Positions 47,090 through 54,984 of a DNA stretch of 64,000 bases are shown one piece after another. The position numbers were made by a program, and so were the translations under genes. Each line of letters begins with the position of its first letter. Position 1 is the first letter of the stretch. The DNA is from a virus. Lineage: Duplodnaviria > Caudoviricetes. A model generated the notes under the pieces. That model worked only from the letters and a program-made list of their open reading frames with translations, was not told the DNA's origin and did not search any database. The stretch is from the IMG/VR virus record IMGVR_UViG_2918982202_000003; one strand, written 5' to 3'.

Positions 47090-47503
47090 TCAGTGCACCG
47101 CGTCGAGCGACTTGATGCCCTTGGCGATCTTCTTGCCGTTCTCGGCCGCCTGATCGTCCTGCGCCTGCTTGTCGGCCTGAGCGGCGCGGCGCTGCTCCTC
47201 GTCGCCCTGACCGTCGGCGAACATGTCGGGCAGCGGATTGAGGTCGAGCTTCGCGCGGTAGTCGTCGAGCGAGCGGAGGAAGTCGGAGCGCTTCGTCTCG
47301 TCCATGCGGCTCAGCGACATGGCAAGCTTGAAGGCCTTTCGGTTGATGCCGTGGGTCTCCTCGGCATCCTTCACGGCCGCGCCGAGCTCGCCGCGCGCCT
47401 CGTCCATGTCGGACCGCATCTCGTCGCACTTGTTGATGAGGGCGCGAAGGACGTCGGCGCGGATGCCGTCCTTCTTGCCGGCGGTGTTCAGCTTATCGGC
47501 CAT
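47090..47503 (-). CDS. GapR/DUF2312-like nucleoid-associated protein
   Basis: LRALINK...coiled coil...G.NRKAFK...RMD....D....LDDY..KL; GGAGG RBS. Confidence 0.55.
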   Translation of the reverse strand: MADKLNTAGKKDGIRADVLRALINKCDEMRSDMDEARGELGAAVKDAEETHGINRKAFKLAMSLSRMDETKRSDFLRSLDDYRAKLDLNPLPDMFADGQGDEEQRRAAQADKQAQDDQAAENGKKIAKGIKSLDAVH

Positions 47504-47548
47504 GCGGCCCTCCATGATGCGCGGGGACGCCCCGCGGCGGCGGGAGCG

Positions 47549-47809
47549 TCAGCTCCGGGAATCGGAGGGCTCGGTGCGGCGAGGGACGCGCGGCTCGACC
47601 GGGTTGGCGGCAACCGTGCTCTCGACTTCGGCAGCCTTCAGAAGCAGGCGCTCGGCGAAGTGACGGGCGGCGTACGGCGGCAGATCAATCGACGCGAAGC
47701 CGCCTCGGTCAGCGAGGTGGACGCGCACCGCGCTGTCGGCGTCGGCGACAACCGCAGCCGCATCGTCTGTGCGGACGCCCGCGCCCATGAGGATGACAGG
47801 GTCGCTCAT
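47549..47809 (-). CDS. Hypothetical protein
   Basis: MSDPVIL... coupled ORF. Confidence 0.45.
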   Translation of the reverse strand: MSDPVILMGAGVRTDDAAAVVADADSAVRVHLADRGGFASIDLPPYAARHFAERLLLKAAEVESTVAANPVEPRVPRRTEPSDSRS

Positions 47810-48009
47810 GGCCGGCGCTCCTCGGCGTCGGAGCGCGGATCCTCGTCGCGATCCCAGAGCCGGGGCTCCCACTCGCGTGCGCGGTCACCGCACCAGCGAG
47901 CAGCTGAGAGGACCATGCGGCCGCACCACACGACGGCGGCCCCGATCTCGACGATGAGTTGCCCGACGACCTGAAGCGCGACCTCCGCGCAGACGAGAAG
48001 CGTGCGCAT
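47806..48009 (-). CDS. Hypothetical protein
   Basis: Coupled ORF. Confidence 0.4.
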   Translation of the reverse strand: MRTLLVCAEVALQVVGQLIVEIGAAVVWCGRMVLSAARWCGDRAREWEPRLWDRDEDPRSDAEERRP

Positions 48010-48449
48010 CAGAGCCGGCCCTCGCGAAGATCGTTGATCTGCCGCAGCAGCGCGTCAGCCTTGGCCTCGAGCCGGTCCTGACGCTGCTGGCGGGCGACGT
48101 CGGCGAACCAGGAGCCGGACTCTTCCGGATGGACCGCGCAGAGGAACGATGCCCCGTAGCGACGCACGAGCGCGTCGTAGGCCGAGCCGCTGGGTGCGTT
48201 GCCCTGCTCCAACCACTTCCGGACCGTCGCCGCGGGCACGCCGGTCTCTGCCTCGACGCTCTGCGGGGTCTTCAGCGGGTGCCGGTCACGCAAGAACGCC
48301 GAGATACGTTCTGCGAATGTTCGGGCATCGACTTGCCCAAACTTTCCCTGTTCTTGTCCAGACTTTCCCATGCCCTTCCCCAATGCTGTGTCTCGCATCG
48401 GGGAGAGCCGGGTGGGCAGGAAGTTGGGGGTGAAGGACGCAGCGGACAT
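48009..48449 (-). CDS. HTH regulator (cII-like position)
   Basis: VEAETGVPAATVRKWLEQGNAP helix-turn-helix. Confidence 0.65.
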   Translation of the reverse strand: MSAASFTPNFLPTRLSPMRDTALGKGMGKSGQEQGKFGQVDARTFAERISAFLRDRHPLKTPQSVEAETGVPAATVRKWLEQGNAPSGSAYDALVRRYGASFLCAVHPEESGSWFADVARQQRQDRLEAKADALLRQINDLREGRL

Positions 48450-48638
48450 TTCAGCGGGGCCCGATCAGGTGGAGCGGGTACGCAGCACACAGGACAGCGC
48501 GACCGCCGCGGGCTTGGCGGCAGGGGCGGGCGCGCAGGACACGAAGACGGTGAAGCCCGGTGCAGCGCGCCGGGCTCGTCAGATGATGGGGAGGCTGATC
48601 GGCCTGTATGGCGGGCGCGTGCAGCGCGGATGAGCCGG

Positions 48639-48770
48639 TCATCTGAACGACCACGGCATCGGCGGCAGATCGACCATGCCGAGCGCGAGCCAGCCGAGGG
48701 CGCACAGCACCGGCGGCAGGATCAGCAGGATCACGGGCAGGTCGAAGAGGGGGGAGCGCGGCCGGGTCAT
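48639..48770 (-). CDS. Small membrane peptide
   Basis: 43 aa with one TM helix; ATGA overlap with cro. Confidence 0.45.
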   Translation of the reverse strand: MTRPRSPLFDLPVILLILPPVLCALGWLALGMVDLPPMPWSFR

Positions 48771-49018
48771 GCGGCGGCCCCATCGACTGCACGGGAGGGG
48801 CGCGGAACGCCGACCGGCCAATCCGTTTCTGCCGGCCAATTGTCGGCGAACCACTGGAGGCCATTATGCAGGCGCTCGGAACCCATGTCGGCACCGGCGC
48901 GCAGGCGCGAGATCGAATTGCCCGACCCGAACACGATGGTCGAGACGCGCGCCTCCGAGCGGCCAACGGCCTGCGCGTAGGCTTCGGACACGGTCAGGAG
49001 CTGGTCGCGGAGTCTCAT
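48767..49018 (-). CDS. Cro-like repressor
   Basis: Divergent from cI; SEARVSTIVF...ISRLRAG...WFADNWP...WP. Confidence 0.75.
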   Translation of the reverse strand: MRLRDQLLTVSEAYAQAVGRSEARVSTIVFGSGNSISRLRAGADMGSERLHNGLQWFADNWPAETDWPVGVPRPSRAVDGAAA

Positions 49019-49031
49019 GGCTGCGAAAACT

Positions 49032-49105
49032 GCGCGATATTTCACGCACTGTCAACGTGATATCTAGCGCTTCGCCCAATCCGCTCCATGCGCTAAATTT
49101 TACGC
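49032..49105. promoter_or_regulatory. OR-type operator triplet with PR -35
   Basis: 16-bp variants GCGCGATATTTCACGC (49032-47), ACGTGATATCTAGCGC (49055-70), GCGCTAAATTTTACGC (49090-105); TTGACA on the minus strand at 49055-50. Confidence 0.8.
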
Positions 49106-49855
49106 ATGACTGAAGTCGATGCCGATGGCGTCCTCGCTCGCATCCAGCGGCGGTTGGATGCGCTCCGATTGAGCGAGCGGAAAGCAGCTGAGGACGCCGG
49201 CCTCGGACAGTCGGCGATTCGCAACATCCGCGAGGGCAAGTCTCGCTCCCCGCGCCTGGAGACGATTATTAAGCTCGCGCCGATTTTGCAGGTCTCTCCG
49301 GAATGGCTGGCCTTCGGCGGAGACGAGGCGATCGATGCGGCGAAGGAGGCTTCAGCTGCGTTGCCGCCGGCATCCCTGCCGGTGGTCGGCGAGGTGGCTG
49401 CAGGCCGTTGGCTGGAGGCTGACGACCACGTTGACGTGCCTCTCTACGACCCGGTGCCGGTTCAGCCCGACACGCGGTGGCCGATCGAGTCGCAATACGG
49501 TTTGGTGGTACGTGGTACGTCGCTGAACCGCGTCGCGATCGACGGCGATATTCTCGCCTGCGTCGACGCCATCACTGCTCGCTATCAGCCGAGGGAAGAC
49601 GACCTGGTCATCGTCGAGATGACCCGGAACGCCGGACTGCTCCGGCAGATGACGGCAAAGCGATACATGCGGCAGGGCACGCACGTCGAATTGTGGCCGG
49701 ACTCGGACGACGAGCGTTGGCAGACGCCGATCATCATTCCGCTGCCTGAGGAAGGGCTATCGTCATCGATCGAGGATGACGACGGCCGTATCGAGGTGCG
49801 GATCAAGGCAATGGTGACGTGGATCCATCGCCCGGTGCAGAAGCGCCGCCGCTAG
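49106..49855 (+). CDS. cI: CI-like repressor (HTH plus S24 autopeptidase)
   Basis: HTH AAEDAGLGQSAIRNIREG; VAAG cleavage site, RGTSL serine, TAKRY lysine. Confidence 0.92.
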   Translation: MTEVDADGVLARIQRRLDALRLSERKAAEDAGLGQSAIRNIREGKSRSPRLETIIKLAPILQVSPEWLAFGGDEAIDAAKEASAALPPASLPVVGEVAAGRWLEADDHVDVPLYDPVPVQPDTRWPIESQYGLVVRGTSLNRVAIDGDILACVDAITARYQPREDDLVIVEMTRNAGLLRQMTAKRYMRQGTHVELWPDSDDERWQTPIIIPLPEEGLSSSIEDDDGRIEVRIKAMVTWIHRPVQKRRR

Positions 49856-50121
49856 AAGGGGATCGACGCCTCGTCGACCGCGATGCCAACGAGGCTTGCC
49901 CGTCCACCATCGCAGCTGAGGCAGCAGAACGGGGCGTCCCGCAGCATACCGGCCACGTCAGGCATCGTAAGCGGTGCGGTCTCTACGAGGATAGGCTCCT
50001 CGATAGCAGCGAACCTCAGCGGACGAGACCAGAACGACCGTACGTCCTCATTGCCGCAACCGTTGCAGCGCCGAGTAGCGATGATGTCGTAACCGAGGGG
50101 GTTGTCCCAGGTGAACGTCAT
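49852..50121 (-). CDS. Zinc-finger hypothetical protein
   Basis: CNGC...CLSC; ends DEASIPF. Confidence 0.6.
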   Translation of the reverse strand: MTFTWDNPLGYDIIATRRCNGCGNEDVRSFWSRPLRFAAIEEPILVETAPLTMPDVAGMLRDAPFCCLSCDGGRASLVGIAVDEASIPF

Positions 50122-50132
50122 AGCATCCTTCC

Positions 50133-50390
50133 TCAGAACGGCAGCTGATCGGACACGCTGGGCGGAACGGCCCCATAGGTCTCGAGGGTGATTGCTTCGC
50201 CTTCATCGAACTCTCCGCTGCCGCGGCGCAGGAAGGCGGCCGAGCCAGCCGCATGCCCGCCCTCGACCTTTGACGCCGCGACGCGGCGCGCCTCGTCAGC
50301 GTTCTTGCAAGACGTGAATCGCCCATGGGCGAGCCTCCCATTCTGATCCCGCACGAAAGTCTGGACGCCGTACAGATCGCTGCTCGCCAC
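50133..50390 (-). CDS. Hypothetical protein (homolog of 4500-4754)
   Basis: GGAGG plus GTG; VQTFV...YGAVP; ends DQLPF. Confidence 0.7.
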   Translation of the reverse strand: MASSDLYGVQTFVRDQNGRLAHGRFTSCKNADEARRVAASKVEGGHAAGSAAFLRRGSGEFDEGEAITLETYGAVPPSVSDQLPF

Positions 50391-50434
50391 GTGTTCCTCC
50401 CGCCGGGCTACCTCGAAAGGATGGGCGGGTATGA

Positions 50435-50449
50435 GAACAAAGCAAGCAC
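50435..50449. promoter_or_regulatory. Possible degenerate LexA box
   Basis: GAAC-AAAGCAA-GCAC, one mismatch from consensus, 45 nt upstream of the 50390 start. Confidence 0.45.
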
Positions 50450-50477
50450 GATTTCCGGGCCTGTGGAAAAGCCGAAT

Positions 50478-50528
50478 GCGTGAAATTGCGCGCATGACGC
50501 TTGACGCGTGAAATTTCACGCGCATACT
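50478..50528 (+). promoter_or_regulatory. PL-like promoter with OL operators
   Basis: GCGTGAAATTGCGCGC (50478-93) and perfect palindrome GCGTGAAATTTCACGC (50506-21) nested between TTGACG (50501-06) and CATACT (50523-28). Confidence 0.82.
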
Positions 50529-50560
50529 AAACCCATCGCCGCCAGCGATGGAGCCGCCCA

Positions 50561-50773
50561 GTGCCCGCCGCCACCCCCGCCTTCTGGTCCGAGTTCAACG
50601 CTCGCACCGGCCTGTACGAGGTCCACGACGACCGCGGCCCGGTGCTCGGTTTCGAGCACATCGACTGCCGCGCTGACGCCGACCACCACGCCCTCGACCT
50701 GATCGCTGCGGCGGACGCGGATCGCGCCGCGCTGGACGATCACGAGGCGCAGATCCTGGCGGAGGCGGCGTAG
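50561..50773 (+). CDS. Hypothetical protein, first gene of the early-left operon
   Basis: 70-aa ORF downstream of PL. Confidence 0.5.
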   Translation: MPAATPAFWSEFNARTGLYEVHDDRGPVLGFEHIDCRADADHHALDLIAAADADRAALDDHEAQILAEAA

Positions 50774-50775
50774 CC

Positions 50776-51108
50776 ATGGCCGCCCGTCCCCGCTTCACCT
50801 CCCGCCAGCAGGCGTTCAGCGCCGCCGCCGCTCTCGGCCGGGCTTTCGCCGCGGTCGGTGGCCGCGCCGCTCTGGCTCAGCGCCTCGGCATGAAGGGCGT
50901 CCCCCAGGCTTGGGGCTTCTGCCCTGAGGCCCGCGTCGAAGCCGTCGCCGCCGTCACCGGCGTGCCCGCCCACGAACTGCGCCCCGACCTGTTTTCGGCT
51001 CCTGCGGCCGCCCCGCGCAACGACGCCGAGCAGGCGGTCGCCTCGCACCTCGCCGCCGGCCGGCACTTCGCCCTGACCGGCCGCACTCTTTCCTCCGAAA
51101 GGCACTGA
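50776..51108 (+). CDS. Cro/YdaS-like HTH protein
   Basis: GGRAALAQRLG...QAW...VAAVTGVPAHELRPDLF. Confidence 0.75.
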   Translation: MAARPRFTSRQQAFSAAAALGRAFAAVGGRAALAQRLGMKGVPQAWGFCPEARVEAVAAVTGVPAHELRPDLFSAPAAAPRNDAEQAVASHLAAGRHFALTGRTLSSERH

Positions 51109-51249
51109 GATGACCGACGTTCTGCTCTCCATGCCTGCGTGGCAGGCTCTGGCAATCTCGGCCGTCGCTCCGGGTGTCGTGACCCTGTCGGTGATCTGGA
51201 TCGTCGCTGAGACCGTCCGCCTCGTCCGCCCGGCGCTCACGGAGCGGCT

Positions 51250-51534
51250 GTGATGGCCGAGCCTCTGTCCGTCCTCATTCAGAACGAGCGCGACGCCGCT
51301 CGCACCTTCGGCCTCGCTGCCGGGCTCCTGATCGGCGGCGCCTCGCAGGCCGATGCCGGGATCCGCGCGCTCGGGTCCGGAATCGACCTGATCGCCCAAG
51401 CCTCCCGCGATGGTGGTGATCCCGCGGCTGTGGCCGCCCAGGTCGCCCGGCTCGAACGCGAGGCCGCCTACCTGCTCGACCGGCTCGTCGCGATGCGGGC
51501 TCCCGCCACCGCTAGCACCCGCGAGGCCGCATGA
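51250..51534 (+). CDS. Hypothetical protein
   Basis: Coupled early ORF. Confidence 0.5.
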   Translation: MMAEPLSVLIQNERDAARTFGLAAGLLIGGASQADAGIRALGSGIDLIAQASRDGGDPAAVAAQVARLEREAAYLLDRLVAMRAPATASTREAA

Positions 51535-51752
51535 GCACGGACATGCCAACACCCGCCGCGCTGCTCGGCCCCCAAGCCGTCGCGATCGCCGCCGCCGACT
51601 ACCTCCTGATGTCGGTCGGGCTGCCGACCTACACGGCGCTCGCCCTGCGGGTCGTCCCGATGGTGGTGAGCGAGCTACCCGATGGCGTCGTCTCGCTCGA
51701 CGCGGCCCGCGCTGACCGGCGCCCGGCTGGAACGGTCGGGAGGCGCCTGTGA
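51531..51752 (+). CDS. Hypothetical protein
   Basis: Coupled early ORF. Confidence 0.5.
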   Translation: MSTDMPTPAALLGPQAVAIAAADYLLMSVGLPTYTALALRVVPMVVSELPDGVVSLDAARADRRPAGTVGRRL

Positions 51753-51946
51753 GCGAGAATGCGGCTTGCTCTCTCACGGTGGAGCGCGGCGCTTCCGGCT
51801 GCGCGAGCCTGACCATCGACCTCGGCGAGTGCGAGGCGGTCATCGACCTGCCGCACGCCGAGACCCGCAAGCTGATCCGCGCGCTGTCTGCCGCGCTCGG
51901 TGACGGATTCGAGCGGACGCACGGGACGGAGGCGAGCGATGCGTAG
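51749..51946 (+). CDS. Hypothetical protein
   Basis: Coupled early ORF. Confidence 0.45.
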   Translation: MSENAACSLTVERGASGCASLTIDLGECEAVIDLPHAETRKLIRALSAALGDGFERTHGTEASDA

Positions 51947-52214
51947 CGCTGCCCTCGCCCGCCCCTTCACCGCCGAGGAAGCGGCTCGTTGGCTCGTCGC
52001 AGCCGGCCACGGCCTCCTCATGGTCTCGACCGACGAGGCGCTCGCCCGGCGGTTGGTCGAGGTCATGATCCGCGAGGGGAAACGGCTCGGCCGCGCCCCG
52101 AACGACTTCGACGCCATCCGCGCCGAGATGCGCCGCCTCTGGGGCGAGCACGAGCGGGCCGGGCGCTCGCGGGAATGCCGACGCTTCCATCCTGATCCGA
52201 GCCGGAGGGGCTGA
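51939..52214 (+). CDS. Hypothetical protein
   Basis: Coupled early ORF. Confidence 0.45.
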   Translation: MRSAALARPFTAEEAARWLVAAGHGLLMVSTDEALARRLVEVMIREGKRLGRAPNDFDAIRAEMRRLWGEHERAGRSRECRRFHPDPSRRG

Positions 52215-52217
52215 GCC

Positions 52218-52598
52218 GTGATCCTCAAGCGCACGAAGAACAAGCTTCAGGTGGGCAACCTGATTGTGACCGCGAGCCGCTGGCCCTGGCAGGGGTATGG
52301 CTGGCGCTCCACGGGTGGGCCGACCGCACCGCTCAACACCTTTGGCGCGCGCTTCGGCGGCGGCTGGCAGTACAAGCTGGGCATCCAGATTGGGGGCACC
52401 ACGGTGCTGCTGGATCTGCTCTTCGGCATCCTGACCTTCCGCTGGGAATCCACTGCAGCACGGGCGGCGCAGTCCCGCCGAGAGGCCGAGCATGCAGAGT
52501 GGCTTCGACGCTTCGACGCAGAGCGAGCCAAACACGAGGCCGAGATTGCCGCGATCCGCGCCGGCCGGCGTCGCGTCTCCGACGACATTCCGTTCTGA
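52218..52598 (+). CDS. Hypothetical protein ending in the SSB-like tail DDIPF
   Basis: 126 aa, immediately upstream of YqaJ. Confidence 0.6.
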   Translation: MILKRTKNKLQVGNLIVTASRWPWQGYGWRSTGGPTAPLNTFGARFGGGWQYKLGIQIGGTTVLLDLLFGILTFRWESTAARAAQSRREAEHAEWLRRFDAERAKHEAEIAAIRAGRRRVSDDIPF

Positions 52599-52606
52599 GG
52601 CGCGCC

Positions 52607-53548
52607 ATGAAGATCGAGCGCATCCCCTACACCACGCGCGAGGCGTGGTTCGCGGCCCGGCAGCAGGACGTCACCGCCTCCGTGGCGGGCGCTCTGCTCG
52701 GCGTCCATGAGCACACGACCGCCTTCAGCCTCTGGGCGCTGAAGAGCGGCCTGCTCGCCGAGGACCCGACCGAGTCCAAGCCCGCCCGCCGCGGACGGCT
52801 CCTCGAGGACGACGCCCTGCAGGTGCTCGTCGAGGATCGGCCTACCTGGACCGTCACAGCCGGCGGCAACGAATACCTGCGCGCACCGGCCCTGCGCATC
52901 GGGGCGACTCCCGACGCCTACGCCGTCGATCCCGACCGGCCCGGCCGCGGAATCGTGCAGGTGAAGACCACTTCGGATTTCGTGTTCCGGAAGAAGTGGC
53001 GCGACGAGGCCGGCGACCTCGTGCTGCCGCTCTGGATCGCCTGCCAAGCGATCGTCGAGGCGAAGCTGACCGGCGCGTCCTGGGCGAGCGTGGCACTCCT
53101 CGTCGTCGGGCACGGTCTCGACCTGCATGTGATCGACGTGCCGCTGCACGAGGGCATCTGGCACCGCCTCGTCGGCGAGGCGAAGCTGTTCTGGGAGCGG
53201 GTCGCAAGCGGAGAGGCGCCGGCCGCCGACTATGCCCGCGACGGCGAGACCATCGCCGATCTGTGGCCGCCTGACGCCGCCGCCGAACCGCTGGACCTCT
53301 CCGCCGACAACCTCCTGCCCGCTCTTCTCGACGAGCGCGAGGCGATCAACGCCCGCGTGAAGTCCGACGAGAAGCGGCTCGCCGAGATCAAGGCCGAGAT
53401 CACCGCGAAACTGGCTGGCGCCACCGCCGCGCAACTCGCCGACGGCCGCGTCATCACGCGGACCCTCCAGAGCCGGGCCGAGCACACGGTCAAGGCCAGC
53501 ACCTTCCCCGTCCTGCGCGTCCGCGCGCCTCGAAAGGCAGCAGCATGA
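52607..53548 (+). CDS. YqaJ-like viral recombinase exonuclease
   Basis: WFAAR...TAS...G...E...GATPDA...QVKTT. Confidence 0.85.
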   Translation: MKIERIPYTTREAWFAARQQDVTASVAGALLGVHEHTTAFSLWALKSGLLAEDPTESKPARRGRLLEDDALQVLVEDRPTWTVTAGGNEYLRAPALRIGATPDAYAVDPDRPGRGIVQVKTTSDFVFRKKWRDEAGDLVLPLWIACQAIVEAKLTGASWASVALLVVGHGLDLHVIDVPLHEGIWHRLVGEAKLFWERVASGEAPAADYARDGETIADLWPPDAAAEPLDLSADNLLPALLDEREAINARVKSDEKRLAEIKAEITAKLAGATAAQLADGRVITRTLQSRAEHTVKASTFPVLRVRAPRKAAA

Positions 53549-54519
53549 GCAACAACGCCCTCGCCATCTCAGAGACCGAGAAGCGGATCGCCGAGCGCAT
53601 CGACCCGCAAGCAATGGGCGGCCTCGCGGTCTCGGCCCAGGCCGGCGGCGTCATCTTCGCCAACGCCGACGAGGTGATGAACTTCGCGAAGATGATGGCG
53701 GTCTCGGCGGCCGGCGTCCGCAAGCACCTGCGCGGCAACCCCGGGGCCTGCCTCGCGATCGTCACGCAGGCGGTCGAATGGGGCATGTCGGCCTACGCGG
53801 TTGCCAACAAGAGCTACTTCGTCAACGACCAGATCGCGTTCGAGTCGCAGCTCGTGCAGGCGGTGATCCTGAAGCGGGCGCCGATCAAGGGCCGGATCAA
53901 GTTCGAGTTCACCGGCGAGGGCGATAAGCGGGTCTGCCGCGCTTGGTGCCGGCTCGCCGACGATCCGGACGAGATGGTCGAATACGTCTCGCCCGCGTTC
54001 GGCCGGATCACGCCGAAGAACTCGCCGCTCTGGAAGAGCGACCCCGACCAACAGCACGCCTACTATTCCGGCCGCGCGCTCTGCCGCCGCCATTTCCCCG
54101 ACGTCCTGCTCGGCGTCTACACCGACGACGAGCTGCCGCCCGCGCATCAGGGCGCGGACCGGGCGCGCGACGTCACGCCGAAGGGGCTCGACGCGAAGCT
54201 TGATGCCCTGGCGGCGCGGCCAATCGCCGAGGAGTCGCGCGCCGGGCCGGCGGCCGATCTGGGCTTCGGTGACGTCGAAGCGCCCGACGGCGGTACGGGC
54301 GGCGAGGAACGGCCGACCTCCGACGAGGCCAAGCCCGACCGCGGCCAGGCGCCCGAGATCGACCGCGATCACGACGACTTCAAGCTCGGATGGGAGGGCG
54401 GGTTCGCTGGCCTGCGCAAGGGCTTCAACAGCGCGATCAAGGCCGCCCCGGTGCGGCTGGCCCACTACGAGGCCGGCTTTGCTGCGGGCCAGGCGCACGA
54501 TCCGGATGGGGAGGACTGA
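53545..54519 (+). CDS. RecT/ERF-like single-strand annealing protein
   Basis: HLRGNPGACLAI...QAVEWGMS...Y...RALCRRHFPDVLLGVYTDDE; paired with YqaJ. Confidence 0.8.
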   Translation: MSNNALAISETEKRIAERIDPQAMGGLAVSAQAGGVIFANADEVMNFAKMMAVSAAGVRKHLRGNPGACLAIVTQAVEWGMSAYAVANKSYFVNDQIAFESQLVQAVILKRAPIKGRIKFEFTGEGDKRVCRAWCRLADDPDEMVEYVSPAFGRITPKNSPLWKSDPDQQHAYYSGRALCRRHFPDVLLGVYTDDELPPAHQGADRARDVTPKGLDAKLDALAARPIAEESRAGPAADLGFGDVEAPDGGTGGEERPTSDEAKPDRGQAPEIDRDHDDFKLGWEGGFAGLRKGFNSAIKAAPVRLAHYEAGFAAGQAHDPDGED

Positions 54520-54522
54520 GCC

Positions 54523-54984
54523 GTGGCCGCTCCTCGCACCATCCCCGACGAAGCTGACATCATGCGCCTCGTGCGCGCCGGCCTGACATACACGGAGATC
54601 GAGTTTCGTCTTCGCGTCCCGCGCCATCGCGTCAGCCGCATCGCCACGGCCCACGGCTACGATAGCTCGAAGCGGATCAAGCTGAAGGCTCAGAAGCGGG
54701 CCGCGTTGCGCGCCCGGCAGAGGGCCAAGGCGGCATTCGAGAAGGCGAAGGCTGAAGCCGAGCGCAGACGGCGTCTGGGCGAGCGCGATCCGCTGCGGCG
54801 CATCCCGGCGGTGCCCGCATGGGCCGCGAACGCCGGCCTGACGCAGGACTATCGCGACTTCGCCCGTGAGTTCGACGAGGACCGCGCCGCGCGGGAATGC
54901 CGGAAGCTGACGGCAGAGCGGCGCCGGCAGGAAGTCTTCGCCGCCCTCACCGGCGCGAATCCTCGCAAGGGAGGGGCAGCGTGA
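54523..54984 (+). CDS. Basic HTH-containing hypothetical protein
   Basis: GLTYTEIEFRLRVPRHRVSRI. Confidence 0.55.
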   Translation: MAAPRTIPDEADIMRLVRAGLTYTEIEFRLRVPRHRVSRIATAHGYDSSKRIKLKAQKRAALRARQRAKAAFEKAKAEAERRRRLGERDPLRRIPAVPAWAANAGLTQDYRDFAREFDEDRAARECRKLTAERRRQEVFAALTGANPRKGGAA

